A stretch of DNA of 64,000 bases. It comes from an uncultured Pelagibacteraceae bacterium. GTDB lineage: Bacteria; Pseudomonadota; Alphaproteobacteria; Pelagibacterales; AG-422-B15. The stretch lies in the NCBI GenBank assembly GCA_902578305.1, contig CACHCK010000003.1:105-64104 (forward strand), given 5' to 3'. This document shows positions 38,928-48,240 of this stretch, piece by piece. A program made the translations under genes and the position numbers. Every line of letters starts with the position of its first letter. The stretch's first letter is position 1. Under the pieces are notes generated by a model. That model did not search any database, was not told the DNA's origin, and worked only from the letters and a program-made list of their open reading frames with translations.

Positions 38928-40667
38928 ATGAGAAACATAAATGGTTATTTAAAGAATATAATCGGAGCAGAATTTTCAAAAATATTCAATGTTTCGAATG
39001 AAACTATAGATAATAGTTCATTTGTAGTTGAGTACCCAAAAAACAAATCTGATGGCGAGCTAAGTACAAATATTTGTATGGTTCTTGCAAAAGAGATATC
39101 GGCAAATCCAGTGGAGGCAGCGAAAACTCTCATTAAATCACTAGAGAAAATTGAGGACTTTGAGATGTTGGAAGTTGCAGGTCCAGGTTTTTTAAATTTT
39201 AATATTTCTAAAGATACTTGGTTTAGATTTTTAAGTCAGTTGCTAGAAACGAACTTGCTCTTTAATGAAGAAATTGGTCTAAATAAAAATATAAATGTCG
39301 AATATGTTTCAGCGAATCCTACAGGCCCCTTACATATCGGTCATTGTAGAGGAGCGGTTTTTGGTGATGTACTATCAAATCTACTTAAAGTTACAGGTCA
39401 CAACGTAACAAAAGAATATTACATAAATGATGCAGGTACTCAAATTGATACCCTTGCAAACTCTACAATTATTAGAATAAAAGAAATCATCAATAGCAAA
39501 AGCTTAGAAGATTATCCAGATGATTTTTATCCTGGTGAGTATCTAATCGATGTTGCTAAAAAAATAATAGACAAATACGGTACATCTATTCTTGAAAACG
39601 ACAATCACTTTTCAACAATAAAAGGTGAGTGTGTAAATTTACTATTAGAAAACATAAAAGAAGACTTAAGTAAACTATCTATTAATCAGGATATTTTTGT
39701 TTCAGAAAAAGAATTAATAACCCAAGGTAAAATCGACAAAACCATAGATGAACTCAAAAATATGAATTTAATCTATAAGGGCATTTTAGATAAGCCTAAA
39801 GGTAAACAAATTGAAGACTGGGAACCAAGAAAGCAGTTATTATTTAAATCATCTGAATATGGAGATGAAATCGATAGACCATTACAAAAATCAGATGGTG
39901 AATGGACTTACTTTGCAAACGATATTGCCTATCATTATGATAAATACTTAAGAGGATCGACACATTTAATTGACATATTAGGCGCTGATCATGGCGGATA
40001 CATTAAGAGAATGAGCGCTTCGATTCAGGCCCTAACTAATAACAAAGCAAGATTTACAGCAAAGTTATGTCAAATGGTAAAACTTATCAGTGATGGCAAG
40101 GAATTAAAAATGTCAAAAAGATCTGGTGACTTCATTACCTTAAGTGATTTAGTGAAAGAAGTTGGCAGTGACAGTATAAGATTTATGATGATGTACAGAA
40201 AAAATGAAGCACCATTAGAGTTTGATTTTAAAAAAGTAACTGAACAGTCTAAAGAAAATCCAGTTTTTTATGTACAGTATGCTCATGCAAGAATTTCGTC
40301 TGTATTAAACAATCTTCATTCTCAAAATATTAAATTAAATTTAGAGAATTTTAGTGAATGCAATTTTTCTGAACTAAATGATCTTTCTGAAATATCTCTT
40401 TTAAAAAAAATCCTGGATTATAGTAATATCATTAATACGTCAGTTTCTCTATTTGAGCCACATCGAATTGCATATTACCTGTATGAATTAGCATCAGAAT
40501 TTCACTCTTTATGGAGTCAGGGAAAAGTAGATAACAGTAAGAAATTTATAGATGCAGATAATATACCAAGGACTTATGCTCGAATGGCGCTACTGATTGC
40601 TACTCAAAGAACAATAAAATCTGGACTTGATATTCTTGGAGTTTCCTCGCCAGATGAAATGAAATAA
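38928..40667 (+). CDS. argS: Arginine--tRNA ligase
   Basis: SANPTGPLHIGH, GADHGGY, MSKR, YVQYAHAR. Confidence 0.97.
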   Translation: MRNINGYLKNIIGAEFSKIFNVSNETIDNSSFVVEYPKNKSDGELSTNICMVLAKEISANPVEAAKTLIKSLEKIEDFEMLEVAGPGFLNFNISKDTWFRFLSQLLETNLLFNEEIGLNKNINVEYVSANPTGPLHIGHCRGAVFGDVLSNLLKVTGHNVTKEYYINDAGTQIDTLANSTIIRIKEIINSKSLEDYPDDFYPGEYLIDVAKKIIDKYGTSILENDNHFSTIKGECVNLLLENIKEDLSKLSINQDIFVSEKELITQGKIDKTIDELKNMNLIYKGILDKPKGKQIEDWEPRKQLLFKSSEYGDEIDRPLQKSDGEWTYFANDIAYHYDKYLRGSTHLIDILGADHGGYIKRMSASIQALTNNKARFTAKLCQMVKLISDGKELKMSKRSGDFITLSDLVKEVGSDSIRFMMMYRKNEAPLEFDFKKVTEQSKENPVFYVQYAHARISSVLNNLHSQNIKLNLENFSECNFSELNDLSEISLLKKILDYSNIINTSVSLFEPHRIAYYLYELASEFHSLWSQGKVDNSKKFIDADNIPRTYARMALLIATQRTIKSGLDILGVSSPDEMK

Positions 40668-40670
40668 AAA

Positions 40671-40853
40671 ATGAGGTTCATTATTTTCTCTTTAATTTTA
40701 GCAATTTTTATTACTGCCATTTATTTTTATACTAAAAAAGAAGAAGAAGAGATTATCGAAATAAAAACCAATTTAAATGATTATAGAATAATACCGAAAG
40801 ACAAGGGAGGCGTTGATACTCCTGACTTAAATATATACGATCTTGGAGATTAA
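40671..40853 (+). CDS. 60-aa membrane protein, probable minimal FtsN-like protein lacking the SPOR domain
   Basis: Single TM plus IIPKDKGG..P...IYD motif; occupies the argS-[SPOR/ftsN]-nagZ slot. Confidence 0.6.
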   Translation: MRFIIFSLILAIFITAIYFYTKKEEEEIIEIKTNLNDYRIIPKDKGGVDTPDLNIYDLGD

Positions 40854-40862
40854 TTTAATAAA

Positions 40863-41873
40863 ATGAAAAAATACCTACCTTTAATTTGTGGTATTTCCGG
40901 AGAAAAATTAACAACCGAAGAAATAAAATTTTTTAGAGATTACAAACCTTGGGGAATAATTTTATTTGAAAGAAACTGTATTAATAAGGACAACTTAAAA
41001 AATTTAACAAAAGAACTCAAAGAAATTAATCATCAAAATATTCCAATATTGATAGACCAGGAAGGTGGAAGAGTTTCAAGACTAAATTTTAAGGGTGTTA
41101 ATAAATTTAAATCAAATCTTTTTTTTGGGAAATTTATTGAGAAGGATGCAGACTTAGGGTTTGAATTATTAAGACTTAATACTGAAATTTTAGCTCATAC
41201 CCTAAAAGAATTGGGAATTAACACAAACACAGCGCCAGTTTTAGATTTACCAGCAGCAAATGAAAGTGGTGTAATTGGAGATCGAGCTTTTTCGATAAAT
41301 GAAAGGACCGTCTCTAAAGCAGGCAAGATAGTAATTAAAACAAATAATAAATGCGGCATAGCTTCTGTGATTAAACATTTACCTGGGCATGGCCGAGCAA
41401 GAGTTGACAGTCATTTTGAAATGCCTGAAGTAGATGAAATTGAAGATGAACTTTTAAGTACTGATTTTAAGCCTTTTCAGAATAACTCCGACGCATTATT
41501 AGGTATGACGGCACATATTTTATTTAAGTCTTTAGACGATCAAAATATTGCTACTTTTTCAAAAAAAATTATTGAAACAATAATAAGAAATAAAATTGGC
41601 TTTAAAGGGCTACTGATGACCGATGATATTTCAATGAAAGCTATTTCAGATGATGTTGAAATTGCTGCTTTAAAATCACTTAGTGCCGGCTGTGACCTTG
41701 TTCTTCATTGTAATGGAAACATCAATGAAATTAATAAGATAGCTGAAAGAATTAAGAATGAAGCTGAGCCTATTTTAATACCTGACGATCTTATCAATAT
41801 CTATCAGACAAAATCTGATTTCGTACATGAAGAAAACATAAAAGCCTACGAATATCTAACCAAGCAACTTTGA
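40863..41873 (+). CDS. nagZ: Beta-N-acetylhexosaminidase
   Basis: DQEGGRV, KHLPGHG...DSH, MTAH, TDDISM. Confidence 0.93.
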   Translation: MKKYLPLICGISGEKLTTEEIKFFRDYKPWGIILFERNCINKDNLKNLTKELKEINHQNIPILIDQEGGRVSRLNFKGVNKFKSNLFFGKFIEKDADLGFELLRLNTEILAHTLKELGINTNTAPVLDLPAANESGVIGDRAFSINERTVSKAGKIVIKTNNKCGIASVIKHLPGHGRARVDSHFEMPEVDEIEDELLSTDFKPFQNNSDALLGMTAHILFKSLDDQNIATFSKKIIETIIRNKIGFKGLLMTDDISMKAISDDVEIAALKSLSAGCDLVLHCNGNINEINKIAERIKNEAEPILIPDDLINIYQTKSDFVHEENIKAYEYLTKQL

Positions 41874-41933
41874 TGTATTTTATCGTATATAAACATCATC
41901 TGTTATATAATAAAAGAATCAAAAAATTGAAAA

Positions 41934-42731
41934 ATGGAAGATATTTCAAGTACTTATACTGAACAGGAAGCATCTAATCAAACTAGCCCAGATGATTTGA
42001 TTGTAAACTTGGGAGAATTCGAAGGTCCCCTAGATCTGCTGTTAACATTAGCTAAATCTCAAAAAGTAGATTTAATGAAAATTTCCATTCTCCAGCTCAC
42101 AGAGCAATACTTGGAGTTTATAGAAAAAGTTCGTAATCGCAATTTAGAGTTGGCGGCTGACTATCTTGTTATGGCAGCTTGGATGGCTTACTTAAAATCC
42201 AATTTGTTAATACCAAGAGAAGAGTCAGGTGAAGAATTGAGTGCTGAAGAAATGGCAGAAAGATTGAAATTTCAACTCAAGAAACTTGAAGCGATCCGAC
42301 AAGTTTCTCAAAAATTAATGAATTTACCAAAACTTGGTACAGATTTTTTTAATAGAGGGATGCCTGAAGGCATAAGGTTGATACGAACGCCTGAATATTA
42401 TCTGGATTTATACGATCTTTTAAAATCATATGCAGATCAAAGGTACAGAACTGCCTACTCATCGATGACTATTGAAAGACCGCCTGTTTTTGCAATGGAA
42501 GATGCGCTTGTTAGACTTCAAAGAATGATAGGTGATGTACCAGAATGGACTCGGCTTGAGAAATTTTTACCACATGAATTTTCAAATGGTAAAAGCGCTA
42601 GATCAGGTGTTGCAGGAACCCTGGCTGCAGCAATGGAACTTGTAAGAGAAGGGGTACTTGAAGTGCAGCAGCTGGTTCCTTTTGGACCAGTATTTTTAAA
42701 AAATAAAAAGGACGATGAATTCATTAATTAA
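41934..42731 (+). CDS. scpA: Segregation and condensation protein A
   Basis: FEGPLDLLL, AADYLVMAA. Confidence 0.93.
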   Translation: MEDISSTYTEQEASNQTSPDDLIVNLGEFEGPLDLLLTLAKSQKVDLMKISILQLTEQYLEFIEKVRNRNLELAADYLVMAAWMAYLKSNLLIPREESGEELSAEEMAERLKFQLKKLEAIRQVSQKLMNLPKLGTDFFNRGMPEGIRLIRTPEYYLDLYDLLKSYADQRYRTAYSSMTIERPPVFAMEDALVRLQRMIGDVPEWTRLEKFLPHEFSNGKSARSGVAGTLAAAMELVREGVLEVQQLVPFGPVFLKNKKDDEFIN

Positions 42732-42738
42732 ATAAATT

Positions 42739-43422
42739 ATGTCTGATGAAGTAGAAAAAAATAATGTCATGAATTTTCCATCTGAGGATATGGACAATCT
42801 TAGAATTCTCGAGGCTCTTCTATTTGCAGCAAATGAACCCCTTGATGCAGAGAGTTTAAAGGCAAGATTGCCGAAGGGTACAAATTTAAACAAATTACTA
42901 AATTTAATTGAAGCTCAATATAAAAATAGGGGAGTTAATCTGGTCAAAACTAGCAATAAATGGAGCTTTAAAACTGCCACCGATCTTGCACCAATGATGA
43001 AAAAAGAAAAAATAGTTCAAAGAAAACTATCAAAGGCTGCTACTGAGACTTTGGCAATAATCGCCTATCATCAACCTGTTACAAGAGCTGAAGTTGAAGA
43101 CATAAGAGGAGTTCATTTTAGTCCTGGAACTCTTGATGTTCTTATGGAGTTAAACTGGGTGAGGCCAATCGGTAGAAAGAAGGTACCAGGAAGGCCCATT
43201 ATTTATGGTACAACTGAGAGGTTCTTAGAGTACTTCCAGCTAGAACAAGTAACAGATTTACCTGGACTTGAAGAATTAAAAGCAGCTGGACTTTTAGAAA
43301 GCCGCCTGCCTCCAAATTTAGACATTAGAGAACCAAAAGAAATTGATCACAGCCAGATAGAACCATTCGGAGAAGATGAAAATATAGATGATCTGATTCA
43401 AAGTGGACATGAGGCAGAATAG
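42739..43422 (+). CDS. scpB: Segregation and condensation protein B
   Basis: EALLFA, LSKAATETLAIIAYHQPVTR, PGRP..YGTT. Confidence 0.95.
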   Translation: MSDEVEKNNVMNFPSEDMDNLRILEALLFAANEPLDAESLKARLPKGTNLNKLLNLIEAQYKNRGVNLVKTSNKWSFKTATDLAPMMKKEKIVQRKLSKAATETLAIIAYHQPVTRAEVEDIRGVHFSPGTLDVLMELNWVRPIGRKKVPGRPIIYGTTERFLEYFQLEQVTDLPGLEELKAAGLLESRLPPNLDIREPKEIDHSQIEPFGEDENIDDLIQSGHEAE

Positions 43423-43438
43423 AAATTAGCCTTAAATT

Positions 43439-44839
43439 GTGAAACGTCTATTTAAAGCAATCCTGTTTGCAAACATTTTTTTATGTATTTGCACTTCAAT
43501 ATCTTCAGACCCGTTACTGCCAGGTGGCAAAACCTCGAATGAGGTTGAAAATAAAAATAGTTTTTCACTGGTTGCAAGAAATTTAGGAGATAATTTAAAA
43601 ATCAATTTTCTTGTAGGAAATGCTTTATTTGAGAGAATTTGGGAAGATGCAAAATTCTCAGAAAATATTGCAAGAGATGGTTTAGGGCCTTTTTTCAGTG
43701 CTCGTTCGTGCGAAGCATGTCATATTTCTGATGGACGAGGACATTTGCCCATAGATGAATCTGATGACGCTGTATCTGTTGTTATTCAAATTTCAAAAAA
43801 TCAGGACTCAATTTCAGATGGTATTAAAAATCTACCAGATCCCATTTACGGAAATCAAATTAGTGAATTCTCGGTTGAAAGTATTCCAAGAGAAGCGGAC
43901 ATTGTTATTAATTATGAATATGTTCCAATATCTTACAATGATGGTCGTATAATCGAATTAAGAAAGCCTGTAATTAAAATTAGAAATTTTAATTACGGAG
44001 ATATCAATCAAGATACAAACTTTTCAGCAAGAATCGCACAACCAATGATTGGCCTAGGTTTAATTGAAAACATTAGTGAAACGGATATTTTAATAAATGC
44101 AGATGTGAATGACATAAACGGTGATGGAATATCTGGAAAAGCAAATATTGTTTGGCATAATGAAAAAAATGATTATTCCCTTGGTCGGTTTGGCTGGAAA
44201 GCATCACAACCTACGGTTTACCAACAAACTGCAGATGCCTTTTTTCATGACATGGGTTTATCAAATAAACTTTTTGAAAACCCATTTAACTGTACTGATG
44301 TGCAATTAAGCTGTCAAAATGCAGTCAGTGGAAATAGCGAAAGCTATGATGGCTATGAAGTTTCTAATGATCAATTGGATCTAGTGGTTTTTTATTCATC
44401 GCAACTTGGTGTGCCAGTAAGAAGAAACGCGAAAGATATTAACGTGGTGAAAGGTAAAGAAATATTTTTTAAAATTGGTTGCAATTCTTGTCATACTGAG
44501 AGATTTGTTACAAAAAATGAAAGTACGCATCAAAATTTAGCCAATCAAATCATATACCCTTATTCAGATTTTTTGTTGCATGATATGGGTGAACAGTTGT
44601 CTGATGGTGTTTTTGAATTCAATGCCAGTGGCTCTGAGTGGAGAACACCGCCTTTGTGGGGAATAGGGTTGACATCAGTGGTATCTGCAGAATATGGATT
44701 TTTACATGATGGCAGAGCTCGAACAATTGAGGAGGCTATATTATGGCACGGCGGGGAAGCCTCTAGAGTGTTAGAAGAGTTCAAATCATTAGATAAAAAT
44801 CAAGTAAATCAATTAATTAGCTTTGTAAATTCTCTATAA
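43439..44839 (+). CDS. Di-heme oxidoreductase family protein (DUF1111-like), exported
   Basis: Signal peptide, two CxxCH motifs (CEACH, CNSCH), DGLGP, GRFGWKA, LHDMG, WRTPPLWG, HDGRAR. Confidence 0.88.
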   Translation: MKRLFKAILFANIFLCICTSISSDPLLPGGKTSNEVENKNSFSLVARNLGDNLKINFLVGNALFERIWEDAKFSENIARDGLGPFFSARSCEACHISDGRGHLPIDESDDAVSVVIQISKNQDSISDGIKNLPDPIYGNQISEFSVESIPREADIVINYEYVPISYNDGRIIELRKPVIKIRNFNYGDINQDTNFSARIAQPMIGLGLIENISETDILINADVNDINGDGISGKANIVWHNEKNDYSLGRFGWKASQPTVYQQTADAFFHDMGLSNKLFENPFNCTDVQLSCQNAVSGNSESYDGYEVSNDQLDLVVFYSSQLGVPVRRNAKDINVVKGKEIFFKIGCNSCHTERFVTKNESTHQNLANQIIYPYSDFLLHDMGEQLSDGVFEFNASGSEWRTPPLWGIGLTSVVSAEYGFLHDGRARTIEEAILWHGGEASRVLEEFKSLDKNQVNQLISFVNSL

Positions 44840-44869
44840 ACTCAAATCAGTAAAGTGCGTCATATTTGC

Positions 44870-44890
44870 TATTGATAATCATTCTCAATA
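44870..44890 (+). promoter_or_regulatory. Fur-box-like iron operator upstream of the Fe3+ binding-protein gene
   Basis: tattgataat-c-attctcaata: 10-1-10 inverted repeat with one mismatch, containing TGATAAT-n-ATTcTCA. Confidence 0.75.
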
Positions 44891-44938
44891 AGATATATAG
44901 AATGAAACTTAGTATCATTCTAAAGAAGGGAAAAATTT

Positions 44939-45970
44939 ATGAATTCAGTATTAAGATTCTTAGCAACAGCTGTAATTAGTTTTGTAACAGTTGGTAGTTC
45001 ATTCGCTAAAGAAGTCAATTTGTATACGTCAAGGCATTATGATTCAGACGATGCATTATATCAAAAGTTTACGGATGCTACTGGCATCAAAGTAAACGTT
45101 ATTTCAGGTAAAGGAAAAGCATTAATGGAAAGACTTGCTTCAGAAGGAGCAAATTCTCCTGCTGATGTCTTTATTACTGTTGATGCTGGTAATCTATGGA
45201 AAGTTCAAAAAGATGGAATGTTCCAAAGTATTAACTCAAGTACTATCGATTCAATTGTGCCTGAAAATTTAAGAGGCCCAAACAATGAGTGGGTGGGAAT
45301 AGCTAAACGCTCTCGAGTGATTTATTATAATCCAGTAAATGTTTCTGCAGAGGATATGGAAGGGCTTACGTATGAAGATCTTTCAGATCCAAAATGGAAA
45401 GGCAGAGTTGCAATAAGAAGTTCTGGCAATATGTACAATCAGTCTTTAGTTGCCTCATTGATTGCTAATAATGGTGTCGATGCTACCGAAAAGTGGGCAC
45501 ACAGATTTGTAGGCAATTTTGTAAGAAAACCTGAAGGTAATGACAGAGCACAAATTATGGCAGTTGCAAATGGCGAAGCAGATGTTGCTGTAGCGAATAG
45601 TTACTACATTGGTTTGATGTTATCTGGTAAAAAAGGCGAAGAACAGCAAGCCGCTGCCAGAAAAGTTGAACTTCATTTCCCAGGCCAAGATGGACGAGGA
45701 GCTCATATTAATGTAAGTGGAGCTGGTCTTATGAAAAATGCTCCAAATGCAGGTAATGCTGTTAAGTTCATAGAGTTCTTGCTTAGTGAAGAAGCTCAAA
45801 GTCACATAGTTAATAACACTTACGAGTTTCCTATGCTTGAAGGTGTTGCACCTAGTGATTTAATAGCTCAATTTGGTTCTGGTTTTAAAGAAGATCAGAC
45901 TTCAGTTGCAAGCTATGGTGAATTCAATCCTGATGCTGTTAAGTTGATGGATAGAGTTGGTTGGCAATAA
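44939..45970 (+). CDS. futA: Fe(III) ABC transporter substrate-binding protein (FutA/SfuA/FbpA)
   Basis: YTSRHY, SPADV..TVDAG, YNQSL, GNDRAQ, ANSYY, HINVSG. Confidence 0.92.
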   Translation: MNSVLRFLATAVISFVTVGSSFAKEVNLYTSRHYDSDDALYQKFTDATGIKVNVISGKGKALMERLASEGANSPADVFITVDAGNLWKVQKDGMFQSINSSTIDSIVPENLRGPNNEWVGIAKRSRVIYYNPVNVSAEDMEGLTYEDLSDPKWKGRVAIRSSGNMYNQSLVASLIANNGVDATEKWAHRFVGNFVRKPEGNDRAQIMAVANGEADVAVANSYYIGLMLSGKKGEEQQAAARKVELHFPGQDGRGAHINVSGAGLMKNAPNAGNAVKFIEFLLSEEAQSHIVNNTYEFPMLEGVAPSDLIAQFGSGFKEDQTSVASYGEFNPDAVKLMDRVGWQ

Positions 45971-45983
45971 TTTATCGCTAACC

Positions 45984-46058
45984 AGTTTGAGGTAATTTGG
46001 CCACCGTCTCTTCTTCTCATTAGTATCCAAGGTCAAATTACCTCAACTAAATTGAGGT
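45984..46058 (+). ncRNA. Putative structured RNA element (16-bp stem, CU-rich loop, alternative SD-sequestering hairpin)
   Basis: ttgaggtaatttggcc (45987-46002) pairs with ggtcaaattacctcaa (46031-46046); acctcaa can alternatively pair with ttgaggt (46052-46058). Confidence 0.55.
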
Positions 46059-46065
46059 TATATTT

Positions 46066-46599
46066 ATGAATAGATTACCAAATGTAACATTTAAGATCAG
46101 GTCTCAAAATGAATTTGAGACTGGGGAAATGTGTTATCTTGAAGGAGACAAGGCATGGATGTCAATTTCCTCTAGCGATTTATTTTCAGAAAAAAGAGTT
46201 TTAATATTTTCATTACCTGGTGCCTTTACTCCAACTTGTTCATCACAGCAATTGCCTGCATTTGATGAGAAATTTGAAGCTTTTAAAAACTTAGGAATTG
46301 ATGAAGTATTCTGTATCTCCGTTAATGACTCATATGTCATGAACGCTTGGAGTAACTATATGGGCGTTAAAAATGTACAAATGATTCCAGATGGAACGGG
46401 TCAATTTACAAGGATGATGGGCATGCTTATTAATAAAGATCATAATGGATTCGGCATGAGGTCTTGGAGATATGCAGTTGTTGCAAATAATATGGAAATT
46501 GAACAGATGTTTGTCGAGCCAGGTCTTAATGATACAGGAAATGATGATGATCCTTATATTGAAACAAATCCTGATAATATATTAGAGTTTCTTAAATAA
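46066..46599 (+). CDS. Peroxiredoxin (Prx5/redoxin family)
   Basis: PGAFTPTCS, SVNDSYVM, PDGTGQFT, GFGMRSWRY. Confidence 0.92.
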   Translation: MNRLPNVTFKIRSQNEFETGEMCYLEGDKAWMSISSSDLFSEKRVLIFSLPGAFTPTCSSQQLPAFDEKFEAFKNLGIDEVFCISVNDSYVMNAWSNYMGVKNVQMIPDGTGQFTRMMGMLINKDHNGFGMRSWRYAVVANNMEIEQMFVEPGLNDTGNDDDPYIETNPDNILEFLK

Positions 46600-46624
46600 A
46601 TAGTATAGATAACAGCAACTATTT

Positions 46625-48238
46625 ATGAAGTTAGATTTTTGGCAAATAACACCAGTTGCAACATTTGCAATTTTTATTGCTCCAGTATTTATTGTGCTAT
46701 TCAGTCTTGCTGGTGATTACTCTGACAACTGGACACATTTGTATAACCATGTACTTTTTGGTTATATAGAAAATTCTATTTATTTAGTTCTTGGGGTCTC
46801 AATTATGGTTGCCATAATTGGTGTCGGCACTGCCTGGCTGGTAACCAACTATAATTTTACAGGAAAAAATATTTTTGAATGGGCGTTAATTTTACCACTT
46901 GCTGTACCTCCATATATACTTGCTTACACTTTCACTGGTTTATTCGATAACTTTGGTACTGCGAATAATTTAATAAGGGATCTTTTTGGGCTAGGTGCAG
47001 ATTTTACTTTTTTTCCTAAAGTAAGAAATGTTCCAGGAGCGATTATAGTATTTTCCTTCACACTATATCCATATGTATATCTTGTGAGCAGAATGGCCTT
47101 TATAAATCAATCTAGATCAATTCTTGAAGCGGGTAGAACTCTTGGACTTGGTAAACTAGAAGTATTCTATAAATTAGCTGTTCCAATGATTAGACCTGCA
47201 ATTATTGGGGGCCTCATGCTCGTAGTCATGGAAACTTTATCTGATTTCGGAGCAGTTGATCACTTTGCTATTTCAACTTTTACAACTGGAATATTTAGAA
47301 CATGGTACGGTATGTATGATATTGAAACCGCAAAGCAGTTAGCTTCATTGTTACTCATATTTGCAATTCTATTAATTATATCTGAACGTTACTCCCGAAA
47401 AAATGCTAGATATTCAAATGCCAGCTCAGTCTTTAAGCCGCTTTATTTAACTAGACTGAAAGGTAGTTCAAATATTTTAGCAATATTAATTTGTTTCGTT
47501 CCAATCTTTGTTGGTTTTTTATTGCCTGTGATGGAACTTGGATACTGGGCATTTAATTACAAGTTAGATTTTTTTAATGATAAGTTTCTTACGACTGCAT
47601 GGAATACATTTTACTTAGCAATAATAGCGGCCTTCTTATGCAGTCTATTAGCTGTTCTTATAAATTTCTCAATTAGATATAAAAAAAATAATTATCTGAA
47701 GTTTATGAGTTCCTTTTTGACTGTTGGTTATGCGGTGCCAGGTTTGATACTTGCAATTGGCGTTATGCAACTACTTACATTTTTAGACAGAAACATGGGA
47801 GATTACTATTTTGATTTTGTGCTTACAGGTAGTCTAGTTGGATTAGTTTTAGCTTATATAATAAAATCCTATGCGCTTTCAAGTTCTACGATTGAAGCTG
47901 GATATCAGCGTATAAATATGAGAATTGATGATGTAGCAAAAACACTTAAAACATCAGGCTGGTCTCTTTTATCATCAGTTCATTTACCATTATTAAAAAC
48001 TAGTTTTTTAACAAGCATGTTATTGGTAGTTTCAGAAGTCATAAAAGAACTTCCCGCAACGCTTATTTTGAGACCATTTAATTTTGATACATTAGCTGTA
48101 TATACTTATATATATGCAGCAGAAGAAAGAATGTACGATGCTGCTGCACCTTCTATTGCAATAGTTATGGTAGGGCTTATTCCAATAATAATATTGACTA
48201 GAATGATCAGAAGTTCTAGACCTGCATCAAGAGATTAA
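46625..48238 (+). CDS. futB: Fe(III) ABC transporter permease
   Basis: Duplicated permease; LPLAVPPY, YPYVY, METLSDFG, KELPATL. Confidence 0.9.
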   Translation: MKLDFWQITPVATFAIFIAPVFIVLFSLAGDYSDNWTHLYNHVLFGYIENSIYLVLGVSIMVAIIGVGTAWLVTNYNFTGKNIFEWALILPLAVPPYILAYTFTGLFDNFGTANNLIRDLFGLGADFTFFPKVRNVPGAIIVFSFTLYPYVYLVSRMAFINQSRSILEAGRTLGLGKLEVFYKLAVPMIRPAIIGGLMLVVMETLSDFGAVDHFAISTFTTGIFRTWYGMYDIETAKQLASLLLIFAILLIISERYSRKNARYSNASSVFKPLYLTRLKGSSNILAILICFVPIFVGFLLPVMELGYWAFNYKLDFFNDKFLTTAWNTFYLAIIAAFLCSLLAVLINFSIRYKKNNYLKFMSSFLTVGYAVPGLILAIGVMQLLTFLDRNMGDYYFDFVLTGSLVGLVLAYIIKSYALSSSTIEAGYQRINMRIDDVAKTLKTSGWSLLSSVHLPLLKTSFLTSMLLVVSEVIKELPATLILRPFNFDTLAVYTYIYAAEERMYDAAAPSIAIVMVGLIPIIILTRMIRSSRPASRD

Positions 48239-48240
48239 TA

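Noticed and set aside
45984-46048. Hairpin after futA as a simple intrinsic terminator or REP element
   Set aside because: 28-nt loop, no U-tract, and no second copy noticed in the window
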